Positions 41,847 to 49,985 of a stretch of DNA of 64,000 nucleotides are shown one piece after another (the stretch's first letter is position 1; each line of letters begins with the position of its first letter). Position numbers and translations under genes: made by a program. A model generated the notes under the pieces. The model was not told the DNA's origin. It was given only the letters and a program-made list of their open reading frames with translations, and ran no database searches. The DNA is taken from assembly GCA_963704885.1 (NCBI GenBank), contig CAVPIB010000019.1:15588-79587 (forward strand), read 5' to 3'. The stretch is from an uncultured Actinomycetes bacterium (GTDB lineage: Bacteria; Actinomycetota; UBA4738; HRBIN12).

Positions 41847-42776
41847 TCATCGCTCCGAGAAGAGGGCTCCGACCGCCTCTGGCGAGCCGATCGCCACCGC
41901 GCGCGCTTGGGGCACCACCCGCTTGGCGAGCTTCGTCAGCACGTCTCCCGGACCGGCCTCGACGAAAGTGGCTGCGCCGGCGGCGGCCAACGTACGCGCG
42001 CACCCCATCCATCGCACCGGCGAAACCACCTGTCGGCCGAGCAGGTCGCGCAGCTCTGCGGGATCCGCTACCAGCAACCCCACGACGTTCTCGGCGATCG
42101 GGAACGTCGGGCCGCGGAACCCGATCTTGGACAACCCCTCCACGATCGGCGCGACGGCCGGCTCCATCAGCGGTGAGTGGAACGCGCCGGCGACCTTCAG
42201 TCGAACAGCGCGGATCTTCCGCTCGGCTGCCAGAGACGAGGCCCGTTCGACCGCGGCAATCGATCCAGATATCACTACCTGAGCCGGCGAGTTCTCGTTG
42301 GCCACGACCAAGACGTCGTCCTCGCGCGCGTCATCGCACAAGGCGATCGCTTGCTCCACGCCCACACCGAGCAGCGCCGCCATCGTCCCGGGGCGCTCCT
42401 GCCCGGCGCGCTGCATCGCGCGACCGCGGACCACCACCACCCTGAGCGCGTCGGCCAGTTCCAGGACGTCCGCCGCCACCAGCGCGGCGAACTCGCCTAG
42501 CGAATGCCCCGCGGCGCCCATGAACGTGGCGCCCTCGGCCCTCAGGACGCGGAACGCGGCCACCCCGCAGGCGAGCAGCGCCGGCTGGACGAACTCCGTC
42601 GTCGCCAGGAGCTCCTCGTCGTGACAACCCGCCACGACGTCTCGTCCCATCGCGTCAGAGGCCTCATCCAGCACCGCTCGCCCGACTGGATGCAGCATCC
42701 AAGGATCGGCCATGCCTGCGAACTGTGAACCCTGCCCCGGGAAGACGACCGCGTATGCCTTTGAGGTGTTGTCCAT
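41847..42776 (-). CDS. fabD: Malonyl-CoA:ACP transacylase
   Basis: FPGQGSQ, GHSLG, GAFHS. Confidence 0.96.
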   Translation of the reverse strand: MDNTSKAYAVVFPGQGSQFAGMADPWMLHPVGRAVLDEASDAMGRDVVAGCHDEELLATTEFVQPALLACGVAAFRVLRAEGATFMGAAGHSLGEFAALVAADVLELADALRVVVVRGRAMQRAGQERPGTMAALLGVGVEQAIALCDDAREDDVLVVANENSPAQVVISGSIAAVERASSLAAERKIRAVRLKVAGAFHSPLMEPAVAPIVEGLSKIGFRGPTFPIAENVVGLLVADPAELRDLLGRQVVSPVRWMGCARTLAAAGAATFVEAGPGDVLTKLAKRVVPQARAVAIGSPEAVGALFSER

Positions 42777-42886
42777 CCACACAGGTTGCCACGACGGGGG
42801 CGGTCCTGTTGAATGACGGGGAGCCCATGGCCGATGGTCTCCAACGATCCTCTTCCTCCACGTCCCGGCATCAAGGGACGGAGGGG

Positions 42887-43909
42887 GTGCTCGGGTTCCT
42901 TGGTCGCGACATGGCGGTTGACCTCGGAACGGCGAACACGCTCGTGTACGTGCGAGGTCGTGGCGTCGTTCTGAACGAACCGTCCGTGGTGGCGATCAAC
43001 ACCCTTAGCGGAGCCATACTCGCCGTCGGCTCCGAGGCCAAGCGCATGATCGGCCGCACGCCCAGCCATATCCAGGCGGTCCGCCCTCTCAAGGACGGCG
43101 TCATCGCCGACTTCGACGTCACGGAGAAGATGCTGCGGTACTTCATACAGCGGGTGCACAAGCGTCGCCTGCTCGCTAAGCCCCGGGTGGTCGTATGCGT
43201 CCCCTCGGGCATCACCGGGGTGGAGCAGCGCGCGGTCGAGGAAGCCACCATCGCGGCGGGCTCGCGGCGCGCCTACATCATCGAGGAGCCCATGGCGGCC
43301 GCGATCGGCGCCGGACTGCCGATCCACGAGCCGACCGGAAACATGATCGTCGACATCGGCGGTGGCACCACCGAGGTCGCGGTGATCTCGCTCGGCGGCA
43401 TCGTGACGTCGACCAGTATCCGGATCGGCGGCGACGAACTAGACGAAGCGATCATCCAGCACGTCAAGAAGGAGTACTCGCTGCTGCTGGGCGAGCGGAC
43501 GTCCGAGGCCATCAAGCTCGCGATCGCGTCGGTGTTCCCCATGCCGGAGGAACTCGTCGCTGAGATCAAGGGGCGGGACCTGGTGAGCGGTCTGCCCAAG
43601 ACCATCACGATCAGTGCCGAGGAGATCCGCCGCGCGATCGAGGAACCGGTGAACGCCATCATCGACGCCATCAAGACCACGCTCGATCGAACACCACCTG
43701 AGCTGTCCGCCGACATCATGGATAGCGGCATCGTCCTCACGGGCGGCGGCGCGCTCCTTCGCGGTCTGGACAAGCGGTTGCGACACGAGACCGGCATGCC
43801 GGTCCGGATCGCCGACGCGCCGTTGCAGGCCGTCGTGCTCGGTTCGGGCAAGTGCCTGGAGGAGTTCGAGGTCTTGCAGCGTGTCCTGGTGAGCCCGTCG
43901 CGGCGGTAA
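42887..43909 (+). CDS. mreB: Rod shape-determining protein MreB
   Basis: DLGTANT, DIGGGTTE, LTGGGALL; GTG start after GGAGGG. Confidence 0.98.
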   Translation: MLGFLGRDMAVDLGTANTLVYVRGRGVVLNEPSVVAINTLSGAILAVGSEAKRMIGRTPSHIQAVRPLKDGVIADFDVTEKMLRYFIQRVHKRRLLAKPRVVVCVPSGITGVEQRAVEEATIAAGSRRAYIIEEPMAAAIGAGLPIHEPTGNMIVDIGGGTTEVAVISLGGIVTSTSIRIGGDELDEAIIQHVKKEYSLLLGERTSEAIKLAIASVFPMPEELVAEIKGRDLVSGLPKTITISAEEIRRAIEEPVNAIIDAIKTTLDRTPPELSADIMDSGIVLTGGGALLRGLDKRLRHETGMPVRIADAPLQAVVLGSGKCLEEFEVLQRVLVSPSRR

Positions 43910-43914
43910 CCGCC

Positions 43915-44775
43915 GTGGTCACCCGGCAACGCCCCCGCAGCACGCGGCTCTTGGTGGTTCTCTTGGTGTCTGTTTCGCTCGCGGTTATCACCCTCGACTA
44001 CCGTCAGGGACAGGACGGCCCGCTCGCCGGGCTCGGGCGCACGGCGCTCGCCGCTATGGCGCCGCTGCAGAAGGCGGTCACAACCGTCACGCGCCCGATC
44101 GGTGAATTCTTCAGCGGCCTCGTGCATCTACCTTCGCTCGAGAACGAGAACCGACTGCTCCAGGACGAGAACGCCGCGCTCAGGGGCGTCATCGCGCGAC
44201 AGCCCGACCTGGCGAATCAGGCCCAGGCACTGGCGGACCTGCTCGGCCTGAAGGAGAGCCTTACCCCAACCTCCGTCCCGGCGATCGTGATCGCGAACGG
44301 CCTGTCGAACTTCCGCTACACGATCACGATCGATCAGGGTTCGGCGGCCGGTATCGAGATCGATCAACCGGTGGTCACCGGCTCGCCCGAGGCGCCGATC
44401 CTGGTCGGCAGGGTAGTCGCCGTCAGCTTGGTCTCGGCGGAGGTGCAGCTGATCATCGATCGGAACTCGGCGGTGGCGGGCCGCTTGAGCGTCTCGCACG
44501 AGAGCGGCCTGGTCGAGGGTCAGGGTAGAGGCGATCTTCGGATGAGCTTGGTGGTCCCGGGCACGACCATCGAGGGCAACGAGACCGTCGTGACCCAGGG
44601 ATACGAGGTGAACGGTCAGCGCGGCCTCTACCCGCCGGGACTGGTGATCGGGCAGGTTTCACAGGTGATCCCGGGAGCGAGCGATCTGCAGGAGTTCGTG
44701 ACCGTGCGTCCGGCCGTCGACTTCGCGTCGCTCGAGTTCGTGCTGGTCCTTCAGACCAAACGGACCGGCGGTTAG
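43915..44775 (+). CDS. mreC: Rod shape-determining protein MreC
   Basis: TM, coiled coil, TIDQG..GI, YPPGL.IG; synteny. Confidence 0.93.
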   Translation: MVTRQRPRSTRLLVVLLVSVSLAVITLDYRQGQDGPLAGLGRTALAAMAPLQKAVTTVTRPIGEFFSGLVHLPSLENENRLLQDENAALRGVIARQPDLANQAQALADLLGLKESLTPTSVPAIVIANGLSNFRYTITIDQGSAAGIEIDQPVVTGSPEAPILVGRVVAVSLVSAEVQLIIDRNSAVAGRLSVSHESGLVEGQGRGDLRMSLVVPGTTIEGNETVVTQGYEVNGQRGLYPPGLVIGQVSQVIPGASDLQEFVTVRPAVDFASLEFVLVLQTKRTGG

Positions 44776-44778
44776 CGC

Positions 44779-45288
44779 GTGCTCAGGCGGACCTTGGCCC
44801 TCACCGGCGTGATCGTTACATGCTTGTTGCTGCAATCGACCGTGTTCTCGCAGATCAAGTTCCTGGGGGTCCGGCCGGAACTCCTTTACATCGTCACGAT
44901 CTGCCTGGCCATCCTGGAGGGTCCCGGCGAGGGAGCGGTGGTCGGGTTCGCGGGTGGCATGGCGCAAGACTTCCTGCTCGACCAACCGAAAGGGATCACG
45001 GCGCTCACGCTCACGTTGCTCGGCTACACGGTTGGGTTGGCGCGCCAGTACATCGTGTCGCCTTCGCCGATCCTGCCGACCGCGCTCGTGGGCGTTGGTA
45101 CCTTCGCAGGCGTGATCTTCTACGAGACCGTTTCGTTCCTGCTCGGGCAGTTGGACGACTCGTTGATGTACCTACTCCGGGTGGCGTTCCTGACGGCCGT
45201 GTACAGCGCCGTCTTGACGCCGCTCATCTATCCGATCCTGCGCAGGATCTTCGAGGGATCTCGACCCCGCAGGGTGGTGCGCTTCTAG
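44779..45288 (+). CDS. mreD: Rod shape-determining protein MreD
   Basis: Hydrophobic, RPELL, GFAGG.AQD; synteny. Confidence 0.9.
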   Translation: MLRRTLALTGVIVTCLLLQSTVFSQIKFLGVRPELLYIVTICLAILEGPGEGAVVGFAGGMAQDFLLDQPKGITALTLTLLGYTVGLARQYIVSPSPILPTALVGVGTFAGVIFYETVSFLLGQLDDSLMYLLRVAFLTAVYSAVLTPLIYPILRRIFEGSRPRRVVRF

Positions 45289-45290
45289 CC

Positions 45291-47219
45291 ATGGACAAGT
45301 CGACCTCGCGCCTGAAGATCCTGGCGATCCTGGTTGCCTTCATGTTCGCGGCTCTCAGCACGCGCCTGTGGTTCCTGCAGGTCTTGTCGTCCGCCAGCGC
45401 CGACGACGCCATCGAGCAGCAGAGCACCCGGATCGTGAAGGTCGACGCGGTGCGCGGTGACATCTTCGACTTCCAAGGTCGCAAGATCGTGGACAACCGC
45501 ATCTCGCTGGAGGTCCGGGTCAACGAGCAGGAACTGGGCGAAGACGCCGAAAGCGAGCTGCTCCGTTTGTCCAACGTCCTGGACATCCCCGTCAGCGACA
45601 TCCGCCTCGCCTTGGACGACAAGGCCTACTTCGACTATCAGCCCAAGCCGGTCGCGATCGAGGTGAGCAAGGAGGTGGCGTTCTACCTGAAGGAGCACAG
45701 CCTTGACTTCCCGGGGGTAGAGGTGGTCGAGGCGTCCGTCCGGAACTACCCCGAGGGCTCGATGGCGGCGCACATCCTTGGCTACGTCGGGCAGATCAAC
45801 GCCGAGGAGATCGCGGATGTTTCGTTCAAGGGTTACGGACCGAACGACCTGGTGGGGCGGTCCGGGCTGGAGCAGGAATACGAGCGCTACTTGCACGGGA
45901 AGAAGGGCCTGCAGAAGTTCCTGGTCAACTCGAACCAACAGGTGATCCGCGCGCTGGGCGTGCAGGAGCCGGTGCCGGGGAACAACCTGGTGCTGTCGAT
46001 CGACGTCGACACCCAGCGGATCGCGGAGCGCGCGCTGGTACAAGGCATCGAGCGGACCCGGACGATCTTCGATGACTCGCAGGATCCGCCCGGCTACCTG
46101 AAGGCCAACTCCGGGACGGTGCTAGTGATGGATCCATCGACCGGCGCCGTCAAGGCTCTAGCCTCATGGCCAACCTACGATCCCGCTTGGTTCGTCGGAG
46201 GGCTGACCAGGGGCAGGGTTTCGTACCTGTTCGACAGCCCCGAGGCGCCGACCCTGAACCGGGCGACCCAGCTCACGTACGCCCCGGGTTCGACGTTCAA
46301 ACCGTTCGTCGCGCTGTCGGCGGTGCAGAGCGGTCTCGCCAGCCTGGGCGGCTACTACCCCTGCCCGCCCGAGTACGAGTACCCGGGCGACACATCTGGC
46401 ACGATCTTCCACAACTGGACCTCAGCGAACTTGGGCTCGATCTCGCTCGCTCGGGCATTGGAGGTGTCGTGCGACACCGTGTTCTATCAGTTCGGCGGCG
46501 ACTTCTACGGTCGTTACACGTCCAACCAGCTCGGTGTCGACCCCACACCCCTGCAGAAGGACCTCCGGCAGTTCGGGTTCGGCAGTGTGACGGGGATCGA
46601 TCTACCGACGGAGGCGGACGGCCTGATCCCAACCCCCGATTGGAAAGAGGGCTTCTCAGCGGACAACCCGGAGCTGTTCAACCCCGGTGAGGAGGTCTGG
46701 CTCCCGGGAGACAACATCCTGATGTCGATCGGACAGGGGTACGTGACCGTCACTCCGATGCAGCTCGCCACGGCATACGCGGCTATCTCGAACGGCGGGA
46801 AGGTCTGCACCCCGCATCTCGTGGATCGGATCGAGGATCCAGAGGGCGGTCTGGTGAAGCGCGTCACCGGCCATTGCGGGCGCCGTACGCTCCCGTTCAG
46901 CCAGGCGCAGCTCGACTACATCAACACTGCGCTCGCAAGCGTCACGGTATCCGGCACAGCCGATCAGGCCTTCGCGGGCTTCCCGCTCTCCGAGATCCCG
47001 GTCGCCGGCAAGACCGGCACCGCGCAGCGGCCGCCGTTCCAGGACACGGCGTGGTTCGCCGCCATGGTTCCCGCCGGTGATCCGCAGTACGTGGTGATCG
47101 CCATGGTGGAACAGGGCGGGCACGGGTCGACGTCGGCGGCACCAATCGTTCGGCAGATCATCGAAGGGCTGTTCGGACTCGAGGAGACCGGGGCGGTCGA
47201 CGGAGGGTCCACCGACTGA
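45291..47219 (+). CDS. mrdA: Penicillin-binding protein 2
   Basis: PGSTFK, SCD, KTGT motifs. Confidence 0.95.
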   Translation: MDKSTSRLKILAILVAFMFAALSTRLWFLQVLSSASADDAIEQQSTRIVKVDAVRGDIFDFQGRKIVDNRISLEVRVNEQELGEDAESELLRLSNVLDIPVSDIRLALDDKAYFDYQPKPVAIEVSKEVAFYLKEHSLDFPGVEVVEASVRNYPEGSMAAHILGYVGQINAEEIADVSFKGYGPNDLVGRSGLEQEYERYLHGKKGLQKFLVNSNQQVIRALGVQEPVPGNNLVLSIDVDTQRIAERALVQGIERTRTIFDDSQDPPGYLKANSGTVLVMDPSTGAVKALASWPTYDPAWFVGGLTRGRVSYLFDSPEAPTLNRATQLTYAPGSTFKPFVALSAVQSGLASLGGYYPCPPEYEYPGDTSGTIFHNWTSANLGSISLARALEVSCDTVFYQFGGDFYGRYTSNQLGVDPTPLQKDLRQFGFGSVTGIDLPTEADGLIPTPDWKEGFSADNPELFNPGEEVWLPGDNILMSIGQGYVTVTPMQLATAYAAISNGGKVCTPHLVDRIEDPEGGLVKRVTGHCGRRTLPFSQAQLDYINTALASVTVSGTADQAFAGFPLSEIPVAGKTGTAQRPPFQDTAWFAAMVPAGDPQYVVIAMVEQGGHGSTSAAPIVRQIIEGLFGLEETGAVDGGSTD

Positions 47220-48361
47220 TGGACCTGGTCGCCGGCAGGACCTTCGCGAACGAGCGACGACCGATCCGCCACCTGGACCCGGCCCTGCTCCTGGTCACGG
47301 GGCTCCTGTCGATCATCGGATTGTTGTCGATCTACTCGTCCACGCACCGTTCGTTGGAGGTCTTGGACGAGGACCCGATGGTCTTCGTGAAGAAGCAGGT
47401 CGCCGCATTGGTCCTGGGCATCCTGCTCCTGCTCATCATCGCCACGTTCGACTACCGGTTCTTCAAGGTCTATGCCGGGTTCATGTACGCCGGGACGGTC
47501 ACGATGCTCGTGCTGGTGCGCCTGCCGGGCATCGGCTCCTCGGCGAACGGCGCGCAGCGATGGTTCCAGTTCGCGGGGTTCCAGTTCACGCCGTCCGAGA
47601 TCGCGAAGATCTCCCTCGCTCTCATGTTGGCGGCCATGCTGTCGGAGCTTCGGACCCCCGAGCCGGTGTTGCCCGACGTGTTGCGCGCCTGCATCGTTGC
47701 GATCGTGCCGATGTTCCTCGTCTTCATCCAGCCCGACATAGGCACCACGATCGTGCTGGTGGCGATCGTGGTGGGGATCTTGGTGGTCGCGGGAACGCGT
47801 CCACGACATCTACTTGCGCTGGCGCTCGCGTCGATAGTGCTGGTCGCGCTTGCGTTCCAGCTGAACGTCATCCGCGACTACCAGCTGGCGCGACTGACAG
47901 GGTTCCTGGACCCGCAGGGCTCCGCCGACACCACGCAGTACAACCGGGAGCAGGCGGAGATCGCGGTCGGGGCGGGCGGATTGTTCGGGCGCGGCTACCT
48001 GGCCGGCACGCAGACCAACCTGGACTTCGTGCCCGAGCAGCACACGGACTTCATCTTCACTGTGGTGGGGGAGGAGTTCGGGTTCTTCGGTGCGATCTTC
48101 GTCCTGGCCCTGTTCGCAATCTTGATCTGGCGCGCGATCCGGATCAGCTACTTATCCAAGGACCCGTTCGGCACGTACGTTGCGGCCGGTATCGCCTCGA
48201 TGTTCGCGATCCAGATGTTCGTGAACGTTGGGATGGTGCTGGGGATCATGCCCATCACCGGTATCCCGCTGCCTTTCGTTAGCTACGGGGGAACGGCCAT
48301 GCTCGCGAACTTCATCGCGGCCGGGCTGTTGTTGAACGTGCACATGCGTCGCTTCAAGTGA
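47219..48361 (+). CDS. rodA: SEDS peptidoglycan polymerase RodA
   Basis: GAQRW, PSE.AK, QPDIGT, PEQHTDFIF, PFVSYGG. Confidence 0.96.
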   Translation: MDLVAGRTFANERRPIRHLDPALLLVTGLLSIIGLLSIYSSTHRSLEVLDEDPMVFVKKQVAALVLGILLLLIIATFDYRFFKVYAGFMYAGTVTMLVLVRLPGIGSSANGAQRWFQFAGFQFTPSEIAKISLALMLAAMLSELRTPEPVLPDVLRACIVAIVPMFLVFIQPDIGTTIVLVAIVVGILVVAGTRPRHLLALALASIVLVALAFQLNVIRDYQLARLTGFLDPQGSADTTQYNREQAEIAVGAGGLFGRGYLAGTQTNLDFVPEQHTDFIFTVVGEEFGFFGAIFVLALFAILIWRAIRISYLSKDPFGTYVAAGIASMFAIQMFVNVGMVLGIMPITGIPLPFVSYGGTAMLANFIAAGLLLNVHMRRFK

Positions 48362-49526
48362 GCGACTCGTCCGGACGATCCCCGCTGACGAACCATGTGA
48401 ACGTGGACCCCCCGGGCCCTGTCGCCTCCAGTACCACGTCGCCGCCCATCGCTCGCGCCGACATGCGCGCGATCGCCAGGCCCAATCCCATGCCCTGATG
48501 AGTCCGCGCGTTCAGCGACTCACCCTGCTCGAGTGGCGCGAAGATCCGCGGGAGCGAGCCGGCGTCGATCCCCGGCCCGAGGTCGATGACGCGAACGACG
48601 GGCGCTCCGTCCTCGGTGGTCACGTGGATCTGTACTTCGTCCTCTCCGGAGAAAGCCAGTGCGTTCTCCACCAATTCCTCCAAGATCCGGCAGGCCGCCA
48701 GGCGGTTCAAGCTGGCCATGGCCGGCGCGCCGGCGGCCTCGACGTTCAGCCGGACGCTAGTGCTGGCCACCTCCCTGGCCACCTCGTTCACGTCCGCCCA
48801 TTCCGTGAGCCCTGCCTCGACGGCCGCCTCGAACCGCTGCACCAATCGGGCCAGGCCGTTGGCGCGAACGACGAGTCGCTCCAGGAGCTCGGGACGATCT
48901 TCCTCGGGAGCGGTTCCTTCGGAAAGGGTTTGCGCCATCCCCAGGATCACGGTCACAGGGGTCCTGAGCTCGTGGCCCAGACGCGAGACCAGCTCGTGGC
49001 GACGGGCCGAACGCTCCAGCAGGGCCTCCTGGGCCACCTCCAGCTGCCGCGTGCGGCGGCGCTCGCGCTCGAGCGCCTCGGTGAGCTCCTCGATCACGGT
49101 TGGCGTGAGCTGCGGGGAGATGATGCCGCCGCCGCTGGCGGCCTCGCGCACTGCGTGAAGGATCTCGTCGCCGTCGGAGTCTTTAAGCACGTAGCCGGAG
49201 GCGCCGGCGACCAGCATGTCTCGGACGGCCCTCTGGTCTTCCAGCCCGGTCAGGGCCACGATCCCGATGTTCGGAGCCATAGCCTTCAGGCGTCGGGTCG
49301 TCTCGATCCCGTCCATGGTGGGCATCCTGACGTCCATCAGGACCACGTCAGGCTCGGCGGAGGCGATGAGCAGCAGCGCGTCGGCCCCGTTGCCCGCCTG
49401 CCCGACCACCATGAGCTCGTCCGTGTCCAGCAACGAGACAAGCGAGTCGCGGAACCCCGCATTATCGTCCACGACCAGTACGCGAACACGCTGACGCGCG
49501 GACGAGGCCGCCCTTTCCACCAACAT
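48354..49526 (-). CDS. Cytoplasmic hybrid response regulator/histidine kinase (REC-HisKA-HATPase)
   Basis: VVDD, MDVRMP, YVLK receiver; HELRTP, ENA, DLGPG, GMGLGL. Confidence 0.9.
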   Translation of the reverse strand: MLVERAASSARQRVRVLVVDDNAGFRDSLVSLLDTDELMVVGQAGNGADALLLIASAEPDVVLMDVRMPTMDGIETTRRLKAMAPNIGIVALTGLEDQRAVRDMLVAGASGYVLKDSDGDEILHAVREAASGGGIISPQLTPTVIEELTEALERERRRTRQLEVAQEALLERSARRHELVSRLGHELRTPVTVILGMAQTLSEGTAPEEDRPELLERLVVRANGLARLVQRFEAAVEAGLTEWADVNEVAREVASTSVRLNVEAAGAPAMASLNRLAACRILEELVENALAFSGEDEVQIHVTTEDGAPVVRVIDLGPGIDAGSLPRIFAPLEQGESLNARTHQGMGLGLAIARMSARAMGGDVVLEATGPGGSTFTWFVSGDRPDESLT

Positions 49527-49556
49527 GTATCAAGTGTCGGGGTCTGGGACATGCGG

Positions 49557-49598
49557 CCCCATCCGGCGGACGTAGGGTTTCCTGGCCCCCGGATGGGG
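49557..49598. promoter_or_regulatory. Inverted repeat CCCCATCCGG-N22-CCGGATGGGG upstream of hybrid kinase
   Basis: Perfect 10-bp arms in divergent intergenic region. Confidence 0.4.
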
Positions 49599-49674
49599 GA
49601 CAACGTACGTGATCTGCCCTCGGCCAGATCCCAGGCATCCCGGCCACAGGCGGCCTCGCTGCTATGCTGCGCGA

Positions 49675-49985
49675 TAGACCTGCTCGCCGGGCGCGGCCAT
49701 AAACACCGCGCCCCAGCGAGATCCACATCGTCGAGGAGCGCGCGAACCGCCCCCGCCGGGCCCCGGAATCGCCGGAGAGCCCCGAGGCGGAACGCGAGCG
49801 CCGGAGAAGGACGTTACGGGTGCGCGATGACGCGCGCGGCCCAGTGTGCAGCGGCGAAGGCCGCGCGCGCTTAGGTTCGCAGAACCTGCACCGCAGCGGC
49901 TCCGCCTATCGGGGCTGCGCCCACCGTCCGACCCCACGTTCGCGTTCGCGGAGCCTCCTCGCGTCGAGCGAAGGGAGCTCACCGC
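49675..49985 (+). ncRNA. Putative structured 5' leader of rne
   Basis: TATGCT -10 at 49663-49668 followed by about 310 nt with several strong hairpins. Confidence 0.5.

Noticed and set aside
38516-42776. Type II polyketide cluster
   Set aside because: Single ketosynthase with intact triad, no chain-length factor or cyclases; the gene set matches primary fatty acid synthesis.
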